From Neovahlkampfia damariscottae (taxonomy: Eukaryota), in contig JABLTG010000125.1 in NCBI GenBank assembly GCA_016618085.1, positions 1 to 62,494 on the forward strand: a DNA stretch of 62,494 bases, given 5' to 3'. The position numbers and the translations under genes were made by a program. The notes beneath the pieces were generated by a model. That model was not told where the DNA came from, made no database searches, and was given only the letters and a program-made list of their open reading frames with translations. Below are positions 10,053 to 21,613 of the stretch, one piece after another; position 1 is the first letter of the stretch; each line of letters begins with the position of its first letter.

Positions 10053-11524
10053 ATGTCCTTCGTCAGGTAAAACCAACTACTCAGAATAAATTCTAATTCT
10101 TTCACTACAGACAAAGTAAATACCGTCACGTTTTTGGATCAGAAGCTAAACTTCAATTTCAATATACTGAATTACGTCCTTATGTATCAGCTTGGGATTC
10201 CAATTGGGTTGCTGCATCTTCTCAATACTTTGCATTTTCAAGTCTTGGTGGTGGTGGTGCTTGTCACGTTTTAAAATACGACCAAACTGGAAAACAAAAA
10301 GGAAAAGAAGTTATTATTGATGCTCACTCTGGAAAAATGCAAGATTTAGACTTTTCACCATTTAATCCACTTCTTCTCGGTACAGCTGCTATGGATTTAG
10401 AAGCTAAAATTTGGTCACTTCCAAAAGATGGCATTGATAAAAAAACAACAATCAATGAAGCTGCAGTTACTTTACAAGGACATGATAAAAAAGTTGGAAT
10501 TATTAAATTCCATCCTACAGCTGAAAATACAGTAGTTACAGCTGCTCAAGATTCAACTGTTAAATTCTGGGATATTGAATCAGGAAAAGAATCACTTTCA
10601 GTTGATTGTCTTGATACACAAATCTGTCACGATATTGCATTCAACAAAAACGGTTCTCAATTTGCTTTTACTTCAAAAGACAAAAAATTCAAAATTTGTG
10701 ATCCACGTTCAAACTCACTTACAGTTACAACTGATGGACATCAAGGTACTCGTGGTTCAAGATGTTTATGGATGCACGGAATGGATAAACTCTTTTCATG
10801 TGGTTCAACAAAACTTTCAGAAAGAGAATACATGTTATGGGATCCAAGACAAATGGAAAAACCTATGGTACAACAAATTCTTGATGTTGGTGCTGGTATG
10901 GTTATGCCATTCTATGATGAAGATACATCAATGTTATACTTAGCTGGAAAAGGAGATGGAAACATTAGATTCTTTGAAATTGTTCCTGATGATCCATTCT
11001 TCCATTTAGTTGATTCATTCAAATCAACAAAATCTCAACTTGGTATGGCTATGTGTCCAAAATACATGCTTGACACAGCAACATGTGAAGTTACTCGATT
11101 ACTTAAACTTTTATCTGATTCAGTTGTACCACTTTCATTCTGTGTACCAAGAAAAGCTACATACTTCCAATCAGATATCTATCCAGATACTGTAGCTCCA
11201 GAAGCTGTTTTAACACATGCTGAATGGCTTGAAGGAAAAGATGCTGATCCAAAACTTATGTCATTAGACCCAAAAAAAAACCCAGATCTTGCAGATATGT
11301 TAGTTAAAGCTTCATCAGATTTTGTTTCATCACAAGAAAAAGTTGCTCCAAAAACAAAACTTCCAAAAGTTGTTACTGACCCAAAAAGTCTTGCAAAACA
11401 AAACGAAGACTTCAGAGCAAGAATTGACGCTCTTGAAAAAGAAAAATACGAATTAGAACAACAAGTTGCTGATTTGAAAAAACAACTCGGAGGAGAAACA
11501 AAAACAGAAACAGAAACAGAATAA
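10053..11524 (+). CDS. Coronin (intron 10067-10110)
   Basis: MSFVRQSKYRHVFG start, WD40 repeats, LYLAGKGDGNIRFFE, VPRK..FQSDIYPDT, C-terminal coiled coil. Confidence 0.97.
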
Positions 11525-11689
11525 ATTGTTAACGTATTTTATATTTACCTTTTTGATTATTCTTCTTTCTTTTTATGATGTGTCAGTTGGACATCTCACA
11601 GTGACAATTGTTGAAGGAAAAGAAAGTTTATTTTTGATAAGTTCTTATGTTTAAATAAAGGTTATTTGTACCTTTAAAACATAAGACAT

Positions 11690-12146
11690 GAATATTAAAA
11701 TATAACTCTTTTGATTTTTGAATAATTATAAAGCATTTGAGACAGTTTAAAAAGTGTCCATGAAACAAATTTGTTCTGTTTCACCATAAAAGATATTTGT
11801 TAAATGTGTCTTTTTGAGCTTTGAGTATATTTGGTTCAATGACCAAGCCAAATTGTTGAAGAAAAGTGCAAAAATCATCCATGTAAATTTTTGAAGTAAT
11901 TTTAATAACCGATACTTTCCTTGATGTTCTTGTCTTTTTTTACATCTTCAATTTTTGAATTTTATTAGTCTTGATTAAGTTTCAATACATAAGGAGAAAA
12001 AAATGTTGAATCATTGATATGTTAACTGTCTTACCCCAATTTGTTGGACGTGTAATATCTATTGATTCTTTTAACATTAAAAGTTCATCAACGTAAAGAA
12101 ACTTTTTGTTTTCACCAATCTCTCTGAAATTATCATTACCAATTGG
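11690..12146 (-). pseudogene. Degraded bacterial-type 'AAA-ATPase-like' (PF09820-type) gene
   Basis: PIGNDNFREIGENKKFLYVD...ITRPTNWGKTVNISMIQHFF, later QEHQGKY; interrupted by stops and frameshifts; left boundary approximate. Confidence 0.75.
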
Positions 12147-12239
12147 TGATATCAAATTCTAATCGTTCTTTCAGAAAACCCTTTTTCGTGTTAAAATCAC
12201 ACTTCTTTTTTTTTGGTTCTTCATTGGATGAATATTTAG

Positions 12240-12340
12240 ACCAATAAAAACACTGAAGATTCGGAGAAAAAAAAAACCGATTTGGTTGGTCTATGAGCAC
12301 CAATGAAAAACCGTAACGGTATTTTCAAACGCAAATAAAA
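12240..12340 (+). promoter_or_regulatory. Histone H2A.X promoter, copy 1
   Basis: Blocks CCAAT, CACTGAAGA, CGGAGAA, TTTGGTTGGTCTA, ACCAATGAAA, TAACGG..TTCAAA and AATAAAA occur in the same order at 14926-15025. Confidence 0.7.
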
Positions 12341-12380
12341 ACCCTCCAAATTTTTTCCAACCTCAACTAAATAAAAAATA

Positions 12381-12607
12381 AACATGTCAACAACAACAAC
12401 TGAAAAAAAAAAAGGTGGATTCAAAGGATCAAGAAAAGGAAGAGTTTCAGGAGAAAAAGTACAATCTAGATCATCAAGAGCTGGTCTTCAATTTCCAGTT
12501 GGTAGAATNNNNNNNNNNNNNNNNNNNNNNNNNNNNNNNNNNNNNNNNNNNNNNNNNNNNNNNNNNNNNNNNNNNNNNNNNNNNNNNNNNNNNNNNNNNN
12601 NNNNNNN
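12381..12607 (+). other. Assembly gap (N 12509-12607) with the first 128 bp of H2A.X repeated on both sides
   Basis: 12381-12508 equals 12608-12735; probably one gene split by a false gap. Confidence 0.85.
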
Positions 12608-12610
12608 AAC

Positions 12611-13081
12611 ATGTCAACAACAACAACTGAAAAAAAAAAAGGTGGATTCAAAGGATCAAGAAAAGGAAGAGTTTCAGGAGAAAAAGTACAATCTAGATCA
12701 TCAAGAGCTGGTCTTCAATTTCCAGTTGGTAGAATTGGAAGATATTTAAGAGAAGGAAGATATGCTGAAAGAATGGGTGCTGGTGCTCCAGTATATTTAG
12801 CAGCTGTACTTGAATATCTTTGTGCTGAAATTTTAGAACTTGCTGGAAACGCAGCTAGAGATAATAAAAAAGCTAGAATTATTCCAAGACATTTACAATT
12901 GGCAATTAGAAACGATGAAGAATTAAACAAATTATTATCTGATGTTGTTATTGCATCAGGTGGTGTTTTACCAAATATTCAAAAAGATTTATTACCACAT
13001 ACAGAAAGAACTGAAAAATCAGAAAAGAAAAAATCTGGCGGAAAAAAAAGAGGAACAACAGCTCAATCACAAGAATATTAA
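12611..13081 (+). CDS. H2AX: Histone H2A.X
   Basis: H2A core ([15 protein letters not shown]...) with C-terminal SQEY. Confidence 0.97.
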   Translation: MSTTTTEKKKGGFKGSRKGRVSGEKVQSRSSRAGLQFPVGRIGRYLREGRYAERMGAGAPVYLAAVLEYLCAEILELAGNAARDNKKARIIPRHLQLAIRNDEELNKLLSDVVIASGGVLPNIQKDLLPHTERTEKSEKKKSGGKKRGTTAQSQEY

Positions 13082-13216
13082 ATAAAGTAAAATTTTGTAC
13101 AAATCAATTGAATAAGAACTTGTTAATCTTTTAAAACATTTTGCATCTTTTCTTGTTGTAAAGTCAAACATATGGAAAACATACATGATGGAAAGAACAC
13201 TGATGAGAATTTATTT

Positions 13217-14656
13217 TTACACTTGTTTACGATATCTCTTGAATTTGAAATTTACATTACTCAAATTCACGTCTCTGATCAAACAGAATCTATTTTGTGA
13301 GATCCATTGCAATTCTTTATCTTCCATTAAACCTTTTGACGCAAATTTAAACGATTTGCATGATTTTGATACCGCAATCATGACAAGATCTTTATCATCT
13401 TTTAAATTTTCTGAAGCATATTTCAATCCCATTCCATTTCTCTCAACTATTTTAAAAAATAATTTCTTGTTTTGAGAAAGTTTTACAGCAACTTTCGATT
13501 GTTTGTTCATTTGTTGAAAATAATCTTCATTTTTATCACTAAAATCTATGTATTTTAAAATTGATGGATCATTTATTGCTGCAGCCCAAATAATTTCTTC
13601 ATCTTTTTTCAAATTTATATCAACATATTGAATTGCAAATCCTTTTTGATTTACTGCTTTGAGAACAATATCCTTATCTTTTCTTAATTTTGGTGATGCA
13701 TAAATGAATGATTCACCATTTTCAGATACCGCCAATGAAACAACATCTCGATCATCTTTCAATTTTTTTGATGCAAAAATCAATGATTCACCATTTTGAG
13801 CAACTGCAATCAAAACTAAATTTTTGTGATTTCTCAACTTTTCAGAAGCAAATTCCAAAGCTTTTCCATTTTGCTTTAGAGCAATTGATACTATTTCTTG
13901 ATTATCTTTTAAACTTTGTTCAGCAAATTTTAACAGCATTCCATTTTTTGAAACAACTTTAGACACAAATTGCTTGTTTTTTTTTAGTTGATCACTGGCA
14001 TGTTTGAAGGAGTATTCTCCTCTGGACATTGCAAAAGTAACAATTTCTGGATTATTTTTTAATTCATCATCCAGATAACTCAAACCTTCTGAAAAATTTG
14101 AGAGAACCTGGTAAGCAATCTTTTCATTTTTTTTCAATTGTTGTGAAGCAAAATAAATGGACCTAGGCTTTTGATTTACAGCTGCAAGAACCACTTCTTC
14201 ATCTGACTTTAAATTCTCCGAAGCAAATCGTAAAAGTGATCCATCACTCCGAACAGCTCTCAAAATCAATGTTTTATCATTTTTTAAGCGATCAGAAACA
14301 TATTCTATGATTTCTTCAGAAATTTGGAAGGCCAGGTCAACCATTTCATCATCATCTTTCAAGGTATCATCTGCGAATTCAAAACAACTTCCATACCAAA
14401 TTACAGCTTTTTTAACAACATCTCTATCTTTCTTTAACCTGTTAGAAACATGTTTTAGATTATATCCTCGTTCCATTGCTTTTAGAGCAATTTCTTTGTC
14501 ATTTCTGAATTTTTCAGGCAGGTCTTGGAAACTGTCTTTGTATTTGTCGAGAATTTTCAAAACGTGATTCCTTTCGGATGTGGAAATAGTAGCAGTGAAT
14601 TTTAATACAGCCAAAAAATTTTTCTTTTCTTGTTTTTTTTGTTTCATTTTGTTCAT
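13217..14656 (-). CDS. DUF4116 repeat protein with C-terminal SNVNFKF tail
   Basis: Many A(V)xxNGxxLxFASxxLKxDxxVV repeats; start placed at ATG 14656 downstream of an ATTGG motif (the ORF-track extension uses TTG). Confidence 0.9.
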   Translation of the reverse strand: MNKMKQKKQEKKNFLAVLKFTATISTSERNHVLKILDKYKDSFQDLPEKFRNDKEIALKAMERGYNLKHVSNRLKKDRDVVKKAVIWYGSCFEFADDTLKDDDEMVDLAFQISEEIIEYVSDRLKNDKTLILRAVRSDGSLLRFASENLKSDEEVVLAAVNQKPRSIYFASQQLKKNEKIAYQVLSNFSEGLSYLDDELKNNPEIVTFAMSRGEYSFKHASDQLKKNKQFVSKVVSKNGMLLKFAEQSLKDNQEIVSIALKQNGKALEFASEKLRNHKNLVLIAVAQNGESLIFASKKLKDDRDVVSLAVSENGESFIYASPKLRKDKDIVLKAVNQKGFAIQYVDINLKKDEEIIWAAAINDPSILKYIDFSDKNEDYFQQMNKQSKVAVKLSQNKKLFFKIVERNGMGLKYASENLKDDKDLVMIAVSKSCKSFKFASKGLMEDKELQWISQNRFCLIRDVNLSNVNFKFKRYRKQV

Positions 14657-14925
14657 GATGATGTGTTTGACCAATAAACACATCATTTTTTCAGGTTTGT
14701 TGATGATTAAAAATTGAAAGAACAAGAACGAAATTGAATTGAAGTTAAAGTGGAGAACAACTTTTTTAACCTTCAATTTTGAAGATTTCGAATATTCAGA
14801 AAAATTTGTTGTTTTTTTCAATTTCTCACTGGTTGATTCATCTTGCGGTTGAATTTAAAGTCATTGTTGCAAATTGAGGAAAATAATTTTCACAGTTCTT
14901 CAAAAAATGAACCAATAAAAAAACA

Positions 14926-15025
14926 ACCAATAGAATCACTGAAGAACCGGAGAATTAACCGTACATTTTGGTTGGTCTAACTAGACCAATGAAATCGCTT
15001 AACGGTTTTTCAAAATCGAATAAAA
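14926..15025 (+). promoter_or_regulatory. Histone H2A.X promoter, copy 2
   Basis: Shares ordered motif blocks with 12240-12340 while the spacers differ. Confidence 0.7.
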
Positions 15026-15077
15026 GGCACGAATAATTAATTTCTGTTACCAAAACAAAACATACAACAACAACAAC

Positions 15078-15548
15078 ATGTCAACAACAACAACTGAAAA
15101 AAAAAAAGGTGGATTCAAAGGATCAAGAAAAGGAAGAGTTTCAGGAGAAAAAGTACAATCTAGATCATCAAGAGCTGGTCTTCAATTTCCAGTTGGTAGA
15201 ATTGGAAGATATTTAAGAGAAGGAAGATATGCTGAAAGAATGGGTGCTGGTGCTCCAGTATATTTAGCAGCTGTACTTGAATATCTTTGTGCTGAAATTT
15301 TAGAACTTGCTGGAAACGCAGCTAGAGATAATAAAAAAGCTAGAATTATTCCAAGACATTTACAATTGGCAATTAGAAACGATGAAGAATTAAACAAATT
15401 ATTATCTGATGTTGTTATTGCATCAGGTGGTGTTTTACCAAATATTCAAAAAGATTTATTACCACATACAGAAAGAACTGAAAAATCAGAAAAGAAAAAA
15501 TCTGGCGGAAAAAAAAGAGGAACAACAGCTCAATCACAAGAATATTAA
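15078..15548 (+). CDS. H2AX: Histone H2A.X, second copy
   Basis: CDS appears identical to 12611-13081; flanks differ. Confidence 0.97.
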   Translation: MSTTTTEKKKGGFKGSRKGRVSGEKVQSRSSRAGLQFPVGRIGRYLREGRYAERMGAGAPVYLAAVLEYLCAEILELAGNAARDNKKARIIPRHLQLAIRNDEELNKLLSDVVIASGGVLPNIQKDLLPHTERTEKSEKKKSGGKKRGTTAQSQEY

Positions 15549-15592
15549 CCGAATTCTAAAATCAAATAAATTTTATGTACAAAATTAATAAT

Positions 15593-16582
15593 TTAATTTA
15601 GTTTTTTATTTTTTAACCATTTTTCTCTTTCTTTCTGGTATTTCTTTCTCAAAAGTTGATTCCCAACTGGATGTGTTTTTGAATTCATGCAGAATGTCAA
15701 AACATTGATTTGTGGTCAAAACTGAACGTGAATTTAGTTGTAAATAATCTTCAATTGGAAATTTAGCAGTTTTTAATTTCATTTTTTCAGCTTTTTCATG
15801 ACAAAAACCTTAAAAAAAGAATCAATAAAAAATATGTGAGGTTCTTACCTTTGTGTCTATTCTTGTCTACTAAACCTCCAATAATAAAACATTTTCCTTT
15901 TTCTAAAGTTTCTAATTTCGTTTCAGATTCAGCTGATAAATAAACACATTCAGTTTTTTCATCAACTAATTCTCTGAAATCAGTTTTTGAAGTCTTGACT
16001 ATTTTCCATTTTTCAACACCTGATAAATTATCTAAAACCTTTTGTAAAGTTGGTCCAATTCCAGAAACAATCAAATAAAAAGGTATTTCTTCTTTACAAT
16101 TTCTTGCGTAGATGTGCATAATCTGTTGTGCTAAACTTTTGTATTCTCTTTCATTCATCATGTCTTTAAAATTACAATCAATACAAACTGAAATAACTTC
16201 TGATGTTGGAAGAGATTGAATCTTTTCAAGTCTTTCTTCTTTATTTTTTTTAAATTCTCTTCTTTGTTGAATATCTGAATTTCTATTTTCAATTTTCATT
16301 TTTTTGTATTTTTCGAATTCCTCTTGAAATTTGTTTTAGTTTTATTATTTTGAAATTACCTTCGGTCATTTTTGAGATTTTTTCATCTTCTATTTTGGTT
16401 ATTTCTGCTTTTTTTTTTATCCTCTCTTCTTTTTCTTTTAGTTTTTTTTCTTTAAAAATTTTTTCATATTTTTCATTTCTGATTAATTTTTTCTGTTGGT
16501 TTTTTGATATTTTTATTTGTTGATTTGGATTTTCTTGTTGTTTTTCTTCAACTTGATGTATGGTTTCATCTTCTTTATTCAT
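15593..16582 (-). CDS. TRM10: tRNA m1G9 methyltransferase Trm10 (2 introns)
   Basis: VYLSAESE..L, FIIGGLVDKNRHKG, TAKFPI...VLTTNQCFDIL motifs after splicing. Confidence 0.92.
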
Positions 16583-16622
16583 TCAAAATTTTAATTGGTA
16601 GCTTTTTTTCCTTCAAAAACTG

Positions 16623-17889
16623 ATGATAAAGTCAACAAACAAAAAGATAATTTTGAAATGGTTATTTTGTATTTACATTTTGATTGTTATTGTTTTCTTT
16701 TTGGTGATTTATTTGTTGTTTTTGGAGCTAACAAATGAACAAAAACCTGAAAAAAACTTTGAACTTGAACAACTCACGAAACTATTATTTAAAAAATTGG
16801 ACAGAATAAATAAGCCATTTAATTGTCAAGAAGCGAAATATTTAATTTGTAAAACTAATTTCAGTTGTGGATTTGGTTGTCAAATTCACTTTTTAACTTT
16901 GTGTTTAAAAGCTTCATTGTTTCTGAACCGAGTTTTGATTGTGGATTCAAGAATGTGGGTTTATTTTGACAATTTGAATGACGAAAAATATTGTAAGAAA
17001 AGAGTTGATGCCAAAAATTTGAAAGTGGACTCATATTGGAAATGTTTCTTTCGACCACTAACAAATTGTGAATTAACAGACGAAGAAATTCAAAATGCAG
17101 TAGAATTTCGGAATCAAAGGGATATTGAGTAAAAAAAAGTTTATGATTCAATTTTTCTAGTAAATCACGAGTAGTTTTTATGCATTCCATTGTTGAACCT
17201 TCAGATGGATTCATTTCACACAAAACCAAATTCTTTTACAAAAATTGGATTTATTCAGAATTAAGAAGCAAATTACAGGAACAACATAATAATTCAGACG
17301 TTTGGTTCCTGGGAATTTTGTTGAAATATTTAATTCAACCAAATAAATACTTAACAACGATGCTTGAAAAAGTCAAAAAAAAAATTGGATTCAAATCAGG
17401 AACAGTTGGGTAATAAAAAAACAATTTGATAATATTTCAAATAGTTTACACATAAGAAGGACAGATAAAGTTGAAACTGGCGAATCAAAATTTCTTCCAC
17501 TTTCTCAGTACATGAAAAAAATTGAAAATTATTTCAAAAACTATTCAAAAGAAAAAATTGTCTTTGTTGCAACAGATGACTCAACTGAAGTTGAAATATT
17601 GAAATCAAGCTATTCGAGAATCAAATTTATTTCAAATTTGAATTCGAAACATCCAAATGATTGGATTCATTTTCGATACACTTCCAATGAACTATTGAGA
17701 GTTTTGATTGATGTTTATTTGTTATCTGAATGTGATTTATTTGTTGGAACATTTTCTTCACATATTTCGAGATTGGTTTTTGAATTAATTCAAAGCAGGA
17801 ATGAACGAAATCAAAAAGTAATTTCGATTGATTCTGAATGGTACAATGGGATGGGAGTGGATTCAAATTACCCCAAAAAATCAATTTAA
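16623..17889 (+). CDS. FUT8: Alpha-1,6-fucosyltransferase (GT23, FUT8-like), type II membrane protein (2 introns)
   Basis: CGFGCQIH, spliced GLHIRRTDK, VFVATDD, DVYLLSECDLFVGTFSSHISRL. Confidence 0.9.
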
Positions 17890-18021
17890 TCAACAGATAT
17901 TAAATTCATTTTGGAATCAAGAAAAAATAGAAATTTGTGAATGAGGAAGAATTCCATTGATCTTAAAAAGATGGGTTGGTTTTGTTTTCTGGATGATCTT
18001 GTCTTGTTGATTAATACTTTC

Positions 18022-18140
18022 GCTTACGGCCATACTTAGGAGAATACACCGCATCCCGTCCGATTTGCGAAGTTAAGCTCCTACAGGCTCTCCTAGTACT
18101 AGGGTGGGAGACCACCTGGGAACCGGGAGTGTTGTAAGCT
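18022..18140 (+). rRNA. 5S rRNA
   Basis: GCTTACGGCCATAC...GCATCCCGTCCGAT...AAGTTAAG...CTAGTACT...GGGAGACC.CCTGGGAA...GTTGTAAGC, terminal stem pairs, followed by a T-run terminator. Confidence 0.97.
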
Positions 18141-18525
18141 TTTTATTTTTCAAACTGCCCCTGCTGGTACCAGTGGCAAACGAATTCAATCATTACAGTT
18201 AGCCAAAAAAGTGAAAAAGAAAAACACTTTAATTCAACTTATGCCAAGTAACTATGTTCTATGTTACATGGATATTTGTTTACAAACGATTTACAGAATC
18301 AACGAGAATATAGCGTTTATACTTCTTGATGCTGTGAAAGAAATTATCTAAATGGAAGGAAGAGATTTTAGAACCAGATTTTCAAATGATTGTTCCTTTT
18401 GTATTACCTTTTTTGAAATAAAGATCATGTTTTTCCTGTTCCACCAATTATTGAAGTCTGAGTGAGCACCAGTAAAAATATTCAACATCACTTTGAATAA
18501 TGTAATTTTTATTTTGAATTTCTTT

Positions 18526-20710
18526 TTATGAAGGTGATAATTTTGGATGATGACGATGTGAATCATCTGGAATAAAAAAAGATTTCAAAGGATATCCAAC
18601 TTGTTTTAGACTATCTTTGATTTCATTCAATGCTTCAGGGACATCTATTGTAGGTGGAACTTGAAATTCTTCGTCGTCAGCAATTTTTCTCATTACATTT
18701 CTGATAATTTTTCCACTTTTATTTTTTGGCAATCTTGAAACAACAACCACTTTATTAAAGTCAGCCAAAGGACCAAGCTTTCATTTTTGTTAAGAAATTT
18801 TTCCGAACCTTTTCTTTCACTAAATCAATGCATTCAGATTTAATTTGTTCAACTGGTGTTGTAGTATCAGATTTTAAAACAATAAAACCTATTGGTGTTT
18901 GAGTTTTGATAACATCCAAAGCTCCAATTACAGTTGCTTCTGCAACATCAGGATGACACTGAAGAATCTCTTCCATTGAACTTGCAGATAATTTTTGAGT
19001 TGCATTTTTGATTATATCATCACACCTTGACATCACGAAAAAATTACCAAATTCATCTTTGTATCCGGCATCCCCAGTGAAGTAATATCCTTTGTATTTA
19101 TGAAAATATCCTGCAATGAATCTTTCATCATTTTTATAAAGTGTCAAAAGAGTTCCTGGTGGAAGAGGTAATTTAATAACAATATTTCCCATTTCGTAAG
19201 CTTCCACTTCTTGAATTTCTGATTCCTCTTCCGGATCATCATTTTCATCTGTTTTCAAAATTCTTACATCAAAACCTGGGACTGGCTTATTACAGGATCC
19301 CAGAATAATTTTTGTATCTTTATTGATACCTAAACATGGTGCAATTATTCCCCATGCTGTTTCACATTGTCCATAGTGATCTAAAATTGGAATTTTGAGT
19401 AATTGACCAATCCATTCCAATGTATAAAAATCACATCTCTCACCTGCAACCCAAATATTTCTTAATGAAGAAATATCATATTTGTGGATCAATCTTCCAT
19501 GAGGATCATCTCTTTTGATTGCTCTAATTGCAGAAGGAACAGTGAAAAATGAATTGACTCCATGATCTCTGATCACTCTCCAAAATACCCCAGCGTCTGG
19601 AATTGTTGCACTCCCTTCAAATATCACTGTAGTACATCCAATTAATAGAGGACCGTAAACCATAAAAGAATGTCCAATAATCCAACCAATGTTGGATCCT
19701 GACCAATAGATATCATCAGGTCTAATGTCATACATGAATTTCATTGTCCAACACATAGCGACCGCATGGCCACCATTATCTCTTACAACACCTCTTCAGG
19801 AAAATTAAAAGTTAAAATGATTGTTTACTTTGGTTTTCCAGTTGTTCCAGAGGTATATAGAATATACAATGGATCTTCTGACTTGAGAGCAACACAATTG
19901 ACAAATGGTGCTGCTTTTTCCAATTCTTCTTTCCAATCTAGATCATCATCATTTTTTAATTCAACTTGAATCTCCTTTCTTTGATAAACCAATACTTTTT
20001 TGATTGATTTGATTGTTGAAATCTCTCTTGCTTCATCAACTATTTCTTTATAGTTGATAAATTTAAGTGCATCTGATCCAAAACTACAAGTGATCATGAA
20101 CACTGGAGTAGAATCTTCTATTCTTGATGCTAATTCTGTTGCCGCATATCCACCAAATACTACGTTATGAATTGCTCCTATTCTTGAGCAAGCAAGCATT
20201 GAAAATATGGCTTGTGGAATATTCGGCATATAAATCATCACGATATCACCTTTTTGTACTCCATATGATTTGAGAACCCCTGCAAGTCGCTGAACTTCGT
20301 TGAGTACTTGACCATAGGTGAACCATTCTATGGTTTGGGTTGTTGGACTATCATAAATAATGGCATGTTTTTCACCATTCCCATTTTCAACATGTCTCTA
20401 TTTGAACGTGAAATTATTATGAACTTACATCTAAAGCGTTGTAACATGTATTTAAAACTCCATCTTTGAACCAACGATAGAATGGAGCATTTGAATCATC
20501 CAAGATTTTTGTTGGTTCTTTGATCCAGTTTATATCTTGTGCTGCCTCTCTCCAATACATTTCTGGATAATCCAGAGATTTACGATAAATTTCTTCAAAT
20601 TTATTTTCAGCTTCAAACTCTTTGTTGCGTTGGAAAAGCTTCCAACGATTTCTTAAGTATTTTTTGAATTGAATAAGTTTTGAATTTCTTCTGACAAGGA
20701 GATTCTGCAT
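18526..20710 (-). CDS. ACSS3: Short-chain acyl-CoA (propionyl/acetyl-CoA) synthetase, ACSS3/PrpE-like, possible mitochondrial presequence (3 introns)
   Basis: YILYTSGTTGKPKGVVRD, GYYFTGDAG, LPKNKSGKIIR. Confidence 0.88.
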
Positions 20711-20924
20711 TTGCTTGATTCCAAAGGAAATAAATGATTGGACAATTTTGGCTCCAAATTTGGCATTTTTACCTGATCTACAGTTTATTGGTCAATGATA
20801 AAAATTATATTAAAATCTCTGTTCCTTTTGACTGTAGAATGAACAAATCATCCAAAATAGTGGATTGAATTTTCAATTGTTCCAAAGACTTGACTCTTGT
20901 GAAAAATGGTGAATTCAATAGACT

Positions 20925-21536
20925 TTATTTTCTTGTACAATTTCCAAAAATAACATGTAGTCCTCCAAGCCAATTTGGTTGACAAACCTTTGTTGGTCTT
21001 GAATTCTCTTCAGTTGGTTTTCCTTCACAATCACCATTATTATATACTTTAACCCATATTAAACCATCTCTCTTTTCGCAATAATTCTTCCATGATTGAT
21101 TTGGATTGATATGAATACAATGACCTCTAACTATATTTTCACTGAATTTTCCAGTACATCTTTGTGAATTAAAATTTTTAAAAGTAAAGTCAACTGATTT
21201 TAAAGATTTTGCTTCTCCACAAGTGAATTTTTGATGAACTAAACGATTTGTATCCAAATAACACTTTTTTGTGTCATAATTAAAGTTTTCACATTTTTGA
21301 CAATTTGAGTCTTCACATCTTTTTATAAAAATTTTTGATTTTGAACAAATAGCTGCTATATATTCATTTTTTCTTGAACCTGTAAGAGGAACACACTCTT
21401 TTGGTTTTATAACAGTTTGTTGTAGCAAGTAATTTTTTTCACATATAGAGCGCTGAGGATAAATAGACCAAACCACATTTTTTGCTGCATGAACTAATCC
21501 TAAAGTACAAATTAACAAAAACAACAAAACTTTCAT
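20925..21536 (-). CDS. Secreted cysteine-rich protein
   Basis: Signal peptide MKVLLFLLICTLGLVHA; two internally similar Cys-spaced halves. Confidence 0.8.
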   Translation of the reverse strand: MKVLLFLLICTLGLVHAAKNVVWSIYPQRSICEKNYLLQQTVIKPKECVPLTGSRKNEYIAAICSKSKIFIKRCEDSNCQKCENFNYDTKKCYLDTNRLVHQKFTCGEAKSLKSVDFTFKNFNSQRCTGKFSENIVRGHCIHINPNQSWKNYCEKRDGLIWVKVYNNGDCEGKPTEENSRPTKVCQPNWLGGLHVIFGNCTRK

Positions 21537-21613
21537 GAGAGACGTTGAAATAAAAAGAAAAGGCTATTCAACCAATCAGAGTAAAGTTGATTCATCAAAG
21601 TTTGCGCAACTCT

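Noticed and set aside
12384..12749. Third H2A.X copy and ORFs crossing the N run
   Set aside because: The same 128 bp flank both sides of the gap; most likely an assembly artefact of one gene.
18166..18178. CTGGTACCAG palindrome downstream of the 5S gene
   Set aside because: Single short palindrome with no supporting context.
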